Part shown: positions 1 through 11,501 of the stretch, in pieces | Layout of the letters: the number at the start of each line of letters is the position of its first letter | Numbering within the stretch: the stretch's first letter is position 1 | DNA from: Candidatus Kaiserbacteria bacterium RIFOXYB1_FULL_46_14 | GTDB lineage: Bacteria > Patescibacteriota > Minisyncoccia > Phycocordibacterales > UBA918 | Assembly (NCBI GenBank): GCA_001783525.1 | Contig: MFMS01000002.1 | Location: 121,791-185,790, forward strand | Direction of reading: 5' to 3' | DNA length: 64,000 nt | The notes under the pieces: generated by a model | What the model was told of the DNA's origin: nothing | Databases searched by the model: none | What the model saw: the letters and a program-made list of their open reading frames with translations, nothing else | Program-made: the position numbers and the translations under genes

Positions 1-89
1 TATTTGGGGCTACTATACACTTATAGTCCCCCATCGCCTAACAGTGTAGCACATATTGACTAAAAAGTCAATATATAAAAAAGCCCCTC

Positions 90-737
90 TTAGAGGGCTT
101 TTTTAGAGGACAAAGTAGCTTCTACGATGAAGCGGTCTTCCTTGGCACCGAAGCTATTGCACGTCACAAGAGTTAGCTTATGCTCATCGCCGCCAGTTTT
201 GACGTTTACCTCACTTGCTTCTGCTTTATAAACGCGATCTACCTTGTAAATATACTCGGTGTCACCGCTCTTTACGCGAATGGTGTCTCCCCAGTTGAGA
301 TTTTGGATACCGTTGAAGGCCTGGAAGTTTTTATTGAAGACATTCTTGAGATAACTAGAGTGACCGAGGATAAGAATGTTACCCGTGCTAGTTAGATCGT
401 CGGAGTCTGGGTGACGAATGACTCCCTTCAGAAGAGCGTTGTCTAGCTCAGAAATAACATTCGAAGTAGGGTTTAAGACAACTACGGTGCGATCGAGGGC
501 GTCTATGGTAATAGAAACCGGCAATGGATCAGCGTTTTCCGATGGTATCGCTGGTTGCTCCTCGATAACTTCAGGTGAAGGTGAGGCAGTCTCAATCGGT
601 TTTACCGTATTCGTAACTGGTTCTGGAACAAAATCAACGAAGTAAAGAAAACTGTATCCCAAGGTCATTACGACAAAGAAAACGGCTAGAAAAGCGCCAG
701 AACGCGGCAATATTTCGTTGAGTAGCTTGGAAAACAT
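90..737 (-). CDS. Sortase family protein
   Basis: N-terminal TM helix; ILGHSS (catalytic His), LTLVTC (catalytic Cys) and downstream Arg (EDRF). Confidence 0.85.
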   Translation of the reverse strand: MFSKLLNEILPRSGAFLAVFFVVMTLGYSFLYFVDFVPEPVTNTVKPIETASPSPEVIEEQPAIPSENADPLPVSITIDALDRTVVVLNPTSNVISELDNALLKGVIRHPDSDDLTSTGNILILGHSSYLKNVFNKNFQAFNGIQNLNWGDTIRVKSGDTEYIYKVDRVYKAEASEVNVKTGGDEHKLTLVTCNSFGAKEDRFIVEATLSSKKAL

Positions 738-911
738 AGAATTTATAGTGCCTTTATACTACACGAAAATACCGCTTTGTCAAGTTTACCCGGCACCTAT
801 CTTGCAGTAGCGTTGTTTATAGCTTTAGTCACACGCTGTGTCCAGGCAGGTATGGAGGTTGACAAATCTCTAAAATTATGCATTATATCGCCATTAATTG
901 TCATTAGATTT

Positions 912-1700
912 ATGAACGATCAGATAGAAAAAAAGGAAGAAACGCTGGCTGACTGGACACTTTCGAATATTTTGGCCGCTGTTGGGTTTGTTGTACTCGT
1001 TATTTTGCTGGCTTGGCTAGCAATTCAGTTTGTACGTATGATTCCTTCGGCTTGGAATTCTTTGGCTGATGTTTTTGAATCAAATCAACGTGCACTAGAA
1101 GAGCGTACTGCCTCCAAAGACGACGAGACAAATGAAGATACTGATAAAGAAGATGATGGGTCGGTCGTAGTTGTTGATACAGATGAAGACTTTATTGATG
1201 ATGAAGAAACTGAAGTTGAAACGACCGATAATACCGACACAGTCGCAACCACCTCAGCTCCCTCAGTAAAGCCTAAGCCAACCACGCCAACTACCCCACA
1301 GTACCGGACGGTAACTACCTATGTAGTACCAACTTCTAATCCAAATGGCTATACCGATCTCGAAGTCTCTTTTGTAGCCATTGGCAAAATGACAAACGAC
1401 GAGCGTTTTGTTCCTAGCGCTTCCCTTTCTACAGAAGAGCATGGTGCAATGCAGTTTAGAGTCAAGAACATTGGTACTAAGACTTCGAATGCTTGGCACT
1501 TCGCCGCTGAATTACCTAATGGTGGAGAATTTAATTCGGTTGTTCAGAATCCATTGAAACCAGGTGAGGTGGCAACTTTGACCATTTCCTTTATGACCGA
1601 TCGAAAAGACGGCAATCGTACCCTTGGTGCGAGCGTGAACGTAGATGGTGATATAAACACTGCCAATAACGGCTTCCGTGCAACTGTTAACATTCGTTAA
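912..1700 (+). CDS. Membrane-anchored protein with acidic and Thr/Pro linker and a C-terminal Ig-like (CARDB-like) domain
   Basis: ATG at 912 within ORF 777..1700; one TM helix; D/E-rich then T/P-rich linker; DLEV...FRVKNIG...LKPGE...DINTANN pattern. Confidence 0.65.
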   Translation: MNDQIEKKEETLADWTLSNILAAVGFVVLVILLAWLAIQFVRMIPSAWNSLADVFESNQRALEERTASKDDETNEDTDKEDDGSVVVVDTDEDFIDDEETEVETTDNTDTVATTSAPSVKPKPTTPTTPQYRTVTTYVVPTSNPNGYTDLEVSFVAIGKMTNDERFVPSASLSTEEHGAMQFRVKNIGTKTSNAWHFAAELPNGGEFNSVVQNPLKPGEVATLTISFMTDRKDGNRTLGASVNVDGDINTANNGFRATVNIR

Positions 1701-1718
1701 TTGATTGCTGGAGTGGAG

Positions 1719-1760
1719 ATAGAAAAAGCGCTGACCCTGAAGGGTCAGCGCTTTTTCTAT
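1719..1760. terminator. Bidirectional intrinsic terminator between convergent genes
   Basis: ATAGAAAAAGCGCTGACCCT-GA-AGGGTCAGCGCTTTTTCTAT perfect inverted repeat with A/T tails. Confidence 0.85.
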
Positions 1761-1773
1761 TATTCAGATTTGC

Positions 1774-3867
<2,094 letters not shown>

Positions 3868-4006
3868 TTAACGTGTATATTATAGCATATTTAGCTTATT
3901 TCTGCTGTTTTGAAAGGACTCATATTGAGGATTGTAGAAAGGCCTTGTTTCTTTGCAATTTTGTATTTTAAATGCCATATTTGTGACCAGAAAAGGAGAT
4001 CTGGAA

Positions 4007-4432
4007 ATGAAACAATTTGTGATCGTCCACACATCAGTGCTGACAAAAAGCCTTGTCGTTGTGAGGGCAGGGACAGCCGTCGACGCTAATCTCAGATTTG
4101 AACCGGTCGCTGATAAGTGCCCCTTTGAATACGCCTTGGCGGAAGTTAAAATAGCCATCCGCGTGCAGGAACGCTTCATTAGCTCGTACGGGGACACGGT
4201 GATCGCAATTTACGATCAACAAAGCGTACTGCGCGCCTATAATATGGCGGCAGAAAAATTCGGTGCGATGCATCTGGAGGTGTTTCAGATCATGGCAACG
4301 AGTGATCATTTGGGGTTGCAGAGAATCGAGATCAAAGACCTACCTGCACCCAAGGTGCAGGTAGTGCCCTATCGACCGGCCGATACTGGCTCGCTCGCAA
4401 TGGCGAGAAAGGCGGCGATTTCCGCTAAGTGA
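4007..4432 (+). CDS. Hypothetical protein
   Basis: AAAGGAG SD before ATG at 4007; 141-aa ORF followed by a hairpin. Confidence 0.55.
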   Translation: MKQFVIVHTSVLTKSLVVVRAGTAVDANLRFEPVADKCPFEYALAEVKIAIRVQERFISSYGDTVIAIYDQQSVLRAYNMAAEKFGAMHLEVFQIMATSDHLGLQRIEIKDLPAPKVQVVPYRPADTGSLAMARKAAISAK

Positions 4433-4450
4433 AGGAGTTTGGCCCGACGT

Positions 4451-4486
4451 TTGCTACGCAAACGTCGGACATTTTTGTACTTATGC
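4451..4486 (+). terminator. Intrinsic terminator
   Basis: CCGACGTTTGC-TAC-GCAAACGTCGG followed by ACATTTTTGT. Confidence 0.6.
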
Positions 4487-4548
4487 ACCTAAATTACTTT
4501 TGCTCCCAGTTTGTAGGTGTAGGATTAAAAGCAGGAAAGGAACAGCAG

Positions 4549-4689
4549 ATGAAAACGCAACAGCATAGGCCACAAGAGGAAAGCCGCTGGATTATGCAGG
4601 AGCAGATCCAGCAAATGGGGGCGCAAACTAATCCTCCTCCGCAGAAAAAGGAAGAGGAAAACAAAAAGAATGAGGGACAAGCTGCCTAA
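4549..4689 (+). CDS. Small hypothetical Gln/Glu-rich protein (46 aa)
   Basis: AGGAAAGGAA upstream of ATG at 4549; MKTQQHRPQEESRW... Confidence 0.35.
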   Translation: MKTQQHRPQEESRWIMQEQIQQMGAQTNPPPQKKEEENKKNEGQAA

Positions 4690-4717
4690 CCGCACTGCCC
4701 CTCATTTTTATTTTCTC

Positions 4718-6607
4718 TTAGCGTACTTCGAAGCCCTTCTCTTGAATGGCTTTATAAACACCATCCATTATAGAGTTGATCTCAACGTCAGTCAGGGTGC
4801 GGTCGTTGGACTGGAAAACAATACGGAAAGCGTAAGAGGTACGACCGTCTTTTTCAAATCGATCGAACAATGTGATGCGAGCGCATAATGGGCCAGATGT
4901 TTCCTTTAGTATCGAGGTGATCTCGTCCTCTTTATCATTGGCGTCTGCCCACATTGCGATATCGCGAGCGATGGCCGGATAGGTAGAAAAGGGATGGTAG
5001 GTGACATCGTGTGGCTTCTCTCGGTCTTGATAATTAGATACTGAAGGTAATTGGTCAATCAACGCACCTAGGTTTATCTCAAGTACGCCATTCTCACTCT
5101 CTGCTTCGATGGTTTGCTGAAGCGCGTCACCAAGAGACTTAAGTGCCGCTGCTAGTGTCGGGTCGTCCAATTTTGCTTTGTAACCGGATGGACTTTGTAC
5201 ACCAAGCGAAAGCATAAGGTGTTCGCCTGAGGAATTAAACACTGTGCCGATTTCGAAAAGACAAATCTGTCGGAGTCCGAGCAGGTCAGCGTTTGGAGCA
5301 TTCTTCTGCAAGGCGTCTTTGACGTTTTCTCTGAGAGAACTGCGCAAGTAGCCTTTGTCTGAAGCTAGAGCATTAGCGATCTTGATTTCGTCTTTGGCAC
5401 GGAATGAGCTGGTGAAGATTTCAGAAAAACCCTGCGAAATAAGCGCGTCACGTACTAATTCTGAGTAATAAAAACGCTTGTTGATCACTGTTAGGGGTGT
5501 TGTCTCAGGAGTGACCGCAGTGACGTGTTGGTAGCCATAGATACGACCGACTTCTTCTATTACATCCTCCGGAATAGTGAGGTCAGTACGTTCAAATGGC
5601 GGCGTTATCTCAAATTCTTCACCAGTCGTTTTATATTGCCAGTTGAAGCGGTCGAAAATGGAGGAAACAGCGTCGGTAGTAAGTGAGACGCCAAGTACGC
5701 TGTTTATTTTAGAAAGTGTAACGCTGACTGTTTTTGTTGCGGTAGTACCCTTAGTAACCTCACTAAAGCCTTTAACTTCCCCACCGGCAATTTCGATAAT
5801 CAAATCAACTACGGCGCGTAAGCCATAAGGCACCATTTCAGGTACAATCCCGTTTTCATAACGAGCAGACGCATCGGTACGCAATTTTAGCCGTTGGCCT
5901 GTCTTTCTTGTTGTTATCGGATTCCAGTTAGCAACTTCGACTATTACTTCGCTCGTGTCGTCACTGATCCCCGAGTGTTGACCACCTTTAAGACCAGCGA
6001 CGCTCAATATTTCGTTATTATCATTTCGAGCAATGATTGTGTCGTCGTTTGTGAAGGTGTATTCGATCCCGTCTAGTCCGGTTAGTTTTTCACCAACGCG
6101 AGCATGACGAACCTTGAAGCCCTCTGCTCCAACTTGTTTGGCATCAAAGGCGTGCGATGGTTGTCCTAAGTCGAACATTACGTAATTGCTGGCATCAACG
6201 ATGTTGTTGATGCTGCGTTGACCGATTGCTTGCAGAGCAGTCTTTAGCCATTCAGGTGAAGGACCTACTTTGACACCAGAAATGTGTGCGGCCGCAAAAC
6301 GCCGACAATTATCACTGTCTAAGGTGATGTTTATTGTTGGACCCGTCTCGAGCGCTGGTGCCTTTGTTAAAGGATCATTATTAAGCGGTAGATTCAAAAT
6401 TACCGATAAGTCTTTGGCTATTCCACGGTGAGAAAGTCCCCACATCGATTTGTCAGGCAGTACCTTTACATCAAGTACGGTGTCGCCTTCGATTTTTTCT
6501 ACGTCTTCTATTTCCCAAGCATGAAAGGTAAAAGCCTCAGCCGCCGCCTCAGGCGGAGGTAGTTTGCCGTCAAAATATTTATTTAGCCAGTTATAGGAAA
6601 CTTTCAT
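4718..6607 (-). CDS. pheT: Phenylalanine--tRNA ligase beta subunit (short form)
   Basis: MKVSYNWL start; INNIVDASNYVMFDLGQPSHAFD; EDVIEEVGRIYGY; C-terminal FDX-ACB (RDIA...RTLTD). Confidence 0.95.
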   Translation of the reverse strand: MKVSYNWLNKYFDGKLPPPEAAAEAFTFHAWEIEDVEKIEGDTVLDVKVLPDKSMWGLSHRGIAKDLSVILNLPLNNDPLTKAPALETGPTINITLDSDNCRRFAAAHISGVKVGPSPEWLKTALQAIGQRSINNIVDASNYVMFDLGQPSHAFDAKQVGAEGFKVRHARVGEKLTGLDGIEYTFTNDDTIIARNDNNEILSVAGLKGGQHSGISDDTSEVIVEVANWNPITTRKTGQRLKLRTDASARYENGIVPEMVPYGLRAVVDLIIEIAGGEVKGFSEVTKGTTATKTVSVTLSKINSVLGVSLTTDAVSSIFDRFNWQYKTTGEEFEITPPFERTDLTIPEDVIEEVGRIYGYQHVTAVTPETTPLTVINKRFYYSELVRDALISQGFSEIFTSSFRAKDEIKIANALASDKGYLRSSLRENVKDALQKNAPNADLLGLRQICLFEIGTVFNSSGEHLMLSLGVQSPSGYKAKLDDPTLAAALKSLGDALQQTIEAESENGVLEINLGALIDQLPSVSNYQDREKPHDVTYHPFSTYPAIARDIAMWADANDKEDEITSILKETSGPLCARITLFDRFEKDGRTSYAFRIVFQSNDRTLTDVEINSIMDGVYKAIQEKGFEVR

Positions 6608-6608
6608 A

Positions 6609-7328
6609 TCAAAACTGATTTACCACACGAAGATCGCCAGTGTAGAAAAGTCGTACATCATCAACACCGTATTTCATCATTGCCAAACGATCCATGCCCA
6701 TACCAAAGGCAAAACCTTGATAGACAGTCGGATCAATACCAGCATTTCTAAGTACGTTTGGATGCACCATTCCGGCACCCATGATTTCGATCCAGCGACC
6801 GCGAAGCTTTAGAGGCGCATCATCTCCGGTAAGTCGCATATCTACCTCAACACCAGGCTCCACGAATGGAAAGAAGCTAGGACGAAGACGTACTTCCGTC
6901 TTTCCCCCAAAGAAACGAGAAAAGAAAAACTCCAAGGTTCCCTTCAAATGACCCAGTGAGACATCCTTATCAACCATCAGACCTTCTAGTTGGTAAAACT
7001 GTGCCTCGTGTGTGGCGTCGGTCGCTTCGTTACGGAATACCTTGCCTGGGACGATGATGCGAATCGGTGGCTGGTGGTCTTTCATATGACGCACTTGCAC
7101 CGGAGAAGTGTGTGTACGAAGCACGTTGTCGGGCTTGTCTTCTATGTAGAAAGTGTCCTGCATATCACGCGATGGGTGATCTTTAGGAACATTGAGAAGA
7201 TCAAAGTTATAAGCAATTTCTTCCAGCTCTGGACCTTCAACAAATACGAAACCAAGCTCGGCAAAGATGGAGTTCACCTCGGCCATTATTTGTGTCAACG
7301 GATGTTTGTGTCCGGGTTTTGGATTCAT
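6609..7328 (-). CDS. pheS: Phenylalanine--tRNA ligase alpha subunit (catalytic domain only)
   Basis: HPSRDMQDTF, LRTHTSPVQ, FYQLEGL, FFPFVEP and GFAFGMGMDRL motifs. Confidence 0.95.
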   Translation of the reverse strand: MNPKPGHKHPLTQIMAEVNSIFAELGFVFVEGPELEEIAYNFDLLNVPKDHPSRDMQDTFYIEDKPDNVLRTHTSPVQVRHMKDHQPPIRIIVPGKVFRNEATDATHEAQFYQLEGLMVDKDVSLGHLKGTLEFFFSRFFGGKTEVRLRPSFFPFVEPGVEVDMRLTGDDAPLKLRGRWIEIMGAGMVHPNVLRNAGIDPTVYQGFAFGMGMDRLAMMKYGVDDVRLFYTGDLRVVNQF

Positions 7329-7330
7329 AA

Positions 7331-8473
7331 TTAAAACCAGTTTTGGCTGATGTTGATTTGGTAGATTACCTTGCCATCATAAGCATAGACCGAGCTACCG
7401 ATAACACGGAAAGAAAGATCCTTTCCTAGTAGTAACGGTTGTCGATTTTGCCAAGAGCGATCATCTATTTCTGTGACATAGATACCACTTTTTGTGGCAA
7501 TAATAACTAGATCAACACTGTTTGGAAAGAAATCAAAATGTGAAATAGCTTCACCTTTGTTATCAATCAAAATGACCGGGTCGCAGGTAACTTCATCGGG
7601 TATCTCTTGTACTGGCAAGTCTAGTTCGTTTGTTTCTGCGGTTTTTTCTAAGGTGCCATAAGCGAGAGCTAGGTTACGCTTGGTAGAAGCGGTAGAGGTG
7701 GCTGTTGCGCCCTCCCAGCGTGGAAAATCTTCAGCACAGTAGTAGTACGGCATCTCTTCGCGATTGCCTATAAATGAAGCGTACACCTCATCATCTTGCT
7801 GATATAAGCGAACGCCGCGCCATTCTTTCGTGGTGGTAGCGGTCGAAGTAGCGCTTTCCCCTGTTAGGTTGGATCGTGCGCGATCTAGTACGCTCTCTTC
7901 CTTAACCTCTGGTGATTCAAATTCTTTAAGCAGTTGTGCGTACTCTTGATTCATAACCAGAGTGGTTGTAGAGGCTCGTGGTTCAAAAAGTATCTGATTG
8001 GTGCTGGAGGCACCGTCTAAGATGTCAGAGGTGGATGTTAAAACCGCAACACCAGCTTGCGTCTGCCACTTTGTAATCAAACGGACCTTTGGTACAAGCG
8101 GTAGGTTGAAGGCTTGTGCCTCCGTGACAATATGAGGGTAAACAGGCAATTCTTTTACCCAAGTGTGGTGATCAGCTTTTTGTACGTACACCTTGTGTGT
8201 CATTGCGTCCAAGCCTTGTGCGTAAAAAGCCCGACGGAAAATACGGGTCTCGCGCACTAGTTCATCGTCGATGAAAATCTGTGCGCCAGAGCGCTCAGTC
8301 GCAACGTAGATTCCTCCGGTGGAAACGAGATTTCCGCCAATACCAATAGAGGACAAACGGTAACCAGTAGCGTAAAGAAACAGAAAAGGCAAAGATAAAA
8401 CAAAAATGCCTAACAATAAGTAGAAAAACAAAAAGCGATGTCGATATGAAAGAGGTTGTACTTGTGGAGACAT
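7331..8473 (-). CDS. PEGA-like domain membrane protein
   Basis: N-terminal TM ending YATGYR, then TGGIYV...GAQIFID (PEGA-like); beta-rich C-terminus. Confidence 0.6.
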   Translation of the reverse strand: MSPQVQPLSYRHRFLFFYLLLGIFVLSLPFLFLYATGYRLSSIGIGGNLVSTGGIYVATERSGAQIFIDDELVRETRIFRRAFYAQGLDAMTHKVYVQKADHHTWVKELPVYPHIVTEAQAFNLPLVPKVRLITKWQTQAGVAVLTSTSDILDGASSTNQILFEPRASTTTLVMNQEYAQLLKEFESPEVKEESVLDRARSNLTGESATSTATTTKEWRGVRLYQQDDEVYASFIGNREEMPYYYCAEDFPRWEGATATSTASTKRNLALAYGTLEKTAETNELDLPVQEIPDEVTCDPVILIDNKGEAISHFDFFPNSVDLVIIATKSGIYVTEIDDRSWQNRQPLLLGKDLSFRVIGSSVYAYDGKVIYQINISQNWF

Positions 8474-8550
8474 AAAGTTAGGGTTTTAGGATCAGGGTTT
8501 ATGGTGTTTAGTACGGTGACGAAGTCATCGTACTACTAGTCCTTCAACCC

Positions 8551-10110
8551 TCATTCCTTCGGACGCGTCTTTGGTGTTACCCAGAATCCCATATAACGAC
8601 CAAACATCAATCGTGTTTGCGCATCTAGTCCTGGCAAGGCGCTAAAGACGATCATTGTAAATGGCACCAGTAGCCACTGCACTGCCATCACGACATAAGC
8701 AAATCGTGAACTGTCGGTTGGTCGTTTCGGTGATAGTGAGAGTGAAATTATTGACGAGATGACAAGGCCAAACATCGCCAATATCAACAAGTTTCTGACT
8801 ACAATTGGCAAGTTATAGGATAGCACGGTCTCGTGAAAGACGCGGCCACCTAAAAATATCGGCGCCCAACCAAGTACAAACAACATTATCGGGTTGGTAA
8901 CCAGCGACCAGTAGCCTTCGGCTTGCTGAAGTATCACTTTGACACGCTTACCAAAGGAAATGTTTTTATTTTTTGTGAAGTGGTAGCCAATATAGACAAA
9001 ATTCTCCACACCGTAAGTCCAACGACGGTGTTGTTTGTAGATATTCTTTACGGTATCAAAAAGATTATCGCCCACGTTGGCATCCATCGAGACTGGATAC
9101 GAAAGCGGTATTACGTCGTACTCCCCGTTGTTGGCAATCATTAAGTTCCAGTAAATACGGGAGTCTTCACTCACCATGTTTCTCTGCCAGTAATTTACTT
9201 CATAGAGTGCCTTGAACGACGCTGAGTGTGAAGAAAATGTAGCCATTCGTTCTGGTCGCTCTTGTTGAACCATTTCCCAGAAGGTTGAGGACATAGCAAC
9301 GACACGCGAAAGTGCGCCAGCCTCCCAAAGATTGTTATTGAAAAGTGGTACCGGTTGGAAAGAGCTCTTGAGGGGACGCTCGGCTGTTAGGAAGTGCCAA
9401 ACGAGACAGTTGAAATAGTCTGGATACAGCACAGTATCGATATCGAAGTTTGATACGATTATATCTTCGTAAGGAATCTTCTTAGGATCGATAACTTTCT
9501 TGCGCACCTCCTCAATAGCATAAGAAACGTTGGAGCCTTTACCAGCCATTTCACCAGGCAGGTTAGCCGGATGAACAACGATTTCGAATCCGCCGAATTC
9601 TTTACTGAAGCGCTCACTCATCTTTGTAGCAATCTGTAAGGCAGATTCGCCGGCGCGCTCCTCCACTGCTAAAACGACTGTAAGCTTTTCTTTATTATAG
9701 TTAATTCGCGCAAGTGACTCTAGAGTCGCTTCAACTACCTCCTGTGGTTCTTTGTAGAATGGAAAGATTACGAGATGGTGTAGATGATCGTATTCAAACC
9801 GGTTTATTAACTCTTGCCAGTCGAGCGACATATGGTGACGCAGACGACGCCAGTTATGACGAAGGTGGTAAGACAAAAAGGCAGTCTTCAGTACCCAGAA
9901 AATCGAAAAGGCGATAATGAAATAGGCCGCCAAAAACGGTCGATAGATCGACAGAAGTACGACCCCGATCAAAGTCGTCCAAGATGCTAGACCCGGCAGT
10001 ATTTCTAATATACGATAAAGCAAGCGGCCGCCGCCTGAGAGTTCGGTGGCGCGACCGACATGAAAATCAGGTCGCCTAGCGTAGGGTAAAAGGTGAGCGT
10101 TATCCTCCAT
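8551..10110 (-). CDS. Membrane glycosyltransferase family 2
   Basis: PFYKE, GKGSN, FDID (DxD), SED and KQHRRW (QxxRW-like) motifs; multiple TM helices. Confidence 0.85.
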   Translation of the reverse strand: MEDNAHLLPYARRPDFHVGRATELSGGGRLLYRILEILPGLASWTTLIGVVLLSIYRPFLAAYFIIAFSIFWVLKTAFLSYHLRHNWRRLRHHMSLDWQELINRFEYDHLHHLVIFPFYKEPQEVVEATLESLARINYNKEKLTVVLAVEERAGESALQIATKMSERFSKEFGGFEIVVHPANLPGEMAGKGSNVSYAIEEVRKKVIDPKKIPYEDIIVSNFDIDTVLYPDYFNCLVWHFLTAERPLKSSFQPVPLFNNNLWEAGALSRVVAMSSTFWEMVQQERPERMATFSSHSASFKALYEVNYWQRNMVSEDSRIYWNLMIANNGEYDVIPLSYPVSMDANVGDNLFDTVKNIYKQHRRWTYGVENFVYIGYHFTKNKNISFGKRVKVILQQAEGYWSLVTNPIMLFVLGWAPIFLGGRVFHETVLSYNLPIVVRNLLILAMFGLVISSIISLSLSPKRPTDSSRFAYVVMAVQWLLVPFTMIVFSALPGLDAQTRLMFGRYMGFWVTPKTRPKE

Positions 10111-10217
10111 ATTTCAAGGTAAATATACCCCTGTGAGCCGTTTTCTGCAAAGAAATGGCTTTGTTTGATAAATAGCGCTTAAGTCTCTTAATATTAAGTC
10201 AGTTCTGATTCGAGGAT

Positions 10218-10748
10218 TCAACAACCAGTAGCAAACGGGCCGTTTCCATAATAAATAGCGTTTATTCCGCTGCATTGACCATTACTGATAGCTACGCAAC
10301 GACCCATGGGTATCATGTGAGAAGGAAAATCCTTCATATTCTCAGGAGTACGGTAAATCAATATGCAGTACGAGGCACCAGAAGATGTGCTTTCACTACG
10401 GTAAAGATAGCCTGCGTCGCTTGTGCCACCTATAGGATCCTTCATTCCGGCAGGTAGATACGGAGCCAGGGCAGTCGCTAGGTTTGCCGCAGACGGATTA
10501 GTAATAGCATTATTAGAATAAGCGGGGGAATCAAATGATGTCCAGCCTGTGGCCATTATAGGATAGTGGCCGTTGTCCAAACTATACATTTCCAAGGCAT
10601 TTCTTATTTGGCCCATATCGGCCATACGTCTCGCGTCTCGAGATTTTACGCGTGCACTGTTTAAACTTGCCATCACCACAGAAGCGAGAATGCCAATAAT
10701 TGCGATGACGACCAATAGTTCAATGAGGGTGAAACCCTGCCGATACAT
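10218..10748 (-). CDS. Type IV pilin / GspG-like prepilin
   Basis: Class III signal QG|FTLIELLVVIAIIGILA; RDARR..D; C-terminal Cys residues. Confidence 0.9.
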   Translation of the reverse strand: MYRQGFTLIELLVVIAIIGILASVVMASLNSARVKSRDARRMADMGQIRNALEMYSLDNGHYPIMATGWTSFDSPAYSNNAITNPSAANLATALAPYLPAGMKDPIGGTSDAGYLYRSESTSSGASYCILIYRTPENMKDFPSHMIPMGRCVAISNGQCSGINAIYYGNGPFATGC

Positions 10749-10866
10749 TTGTTTATTAGAACACAAATAAAAATGTGATATTGCGAATAAATGTGTATAA
10801 CCCTAAATAAAAAATGCAGTAGCCTAACACTAAACCATAACGTTTCTAATGATGTTCAAAAATATG

Positions 10867-10940
10867 AGCCGCCTCTCGGATTCGAACCGAGGACCTACGG
10901 TTTACAAAACCGTTGCTCTAACCATCTGAGCTAAGGCGGC
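10867..10940 (-). tRNA. tRNA-Thr(UGU), CCA not encoded
   Basis: Cloverleaf GCCGCCT/AGGCGGC, D arm GCTC/GAGC, anticodon arm ACGGT-TTTGTAA-ACCGT, T arm CTCGG-TTCGAAT-CCGAG. Confidence 0.95.
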
Positions 10941-11011
10941 GCTTCAACGCTATTATTGCTGAAAAAACCAGTAAATGCAACGCTATATGTGGGCAGACCG
11001 GTTTAAAGTCA

Positions 11012-11431
11012 TTATTGCAAGGCGTGGTCTTTGCGAGCGGTTTTTTCAGCGTCTGTAAGCGCAGTGTCCTCCTTGTGTATAGCAATCTCCGCTAGATGAC
11101 CAGATCCAGAAACTTGCTTGGCTCTTCGCGCGATCTGCTTGTTATGGTGGCGAAGCTTGCTAATGTAGCGCTCGACTAAACGGTTTATGAAAAGCAAGGC
11201 ACTAAGAAGCTGGTGGAACAAATAGTGTAGCAGGGTGCGAAAGTTAAACCCTCCCCAACGGTCGATATGTCGCTTAGCCTTACTTTGCCAGTCAGCCACC
11301 CGCAAATCCGCAAAAGCCCGAGCTCGCGCAAAGACGATTCGGTGTCCAGCGCTTGCTTCGGTGGCAAACAAAAGGAAAAAAGATAGTAGGAGAAAGCCAC
11401 TGATTAGGAGTGTCCAAACAGGTAAAGGCAT
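11012..11431 (-). CDS. Hypothetical membrane protein
   Basis: N-terminal TM helix; ATG 7 nt after TGTTATAAT. Confidence 0.65.
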   Translation of the reverse strand: MPLPVWTLLISGFLLLSFFLLFATEASAGHRIVFARARAFADLRVADWQSKAKRHIDRWGGFNFRTLLHYLFHQLLSALLFINRLVERYISKLRHHNKQIARRAKQVSGSGHLAEIAIHKEDTALTDAEKTARKDHALQ

Positions 11432-11448
11432 AATTGTATTATAACACA

Positions 11449-11485
11449 AAACCGCGGTGCGGGCCTGTGGCCCGCACCGCGGTTT
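11449..11485 (-). terminator. GC-rich hairpin/terminator after tsf
   Basis: AAACCGCGGTGCGGGCC-TGT-GGCCCGCACCGCGGTTT. Confidence 0.7.
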
Positions 11486-11501
11486 CTGCTCTACAATCTG
11501 C

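Noticed and set aside
10218-10940. tRNA-anchored integrated element carrying the pilin
   Set aside because: No integrase and no duplicated tRNA 3' end seen.
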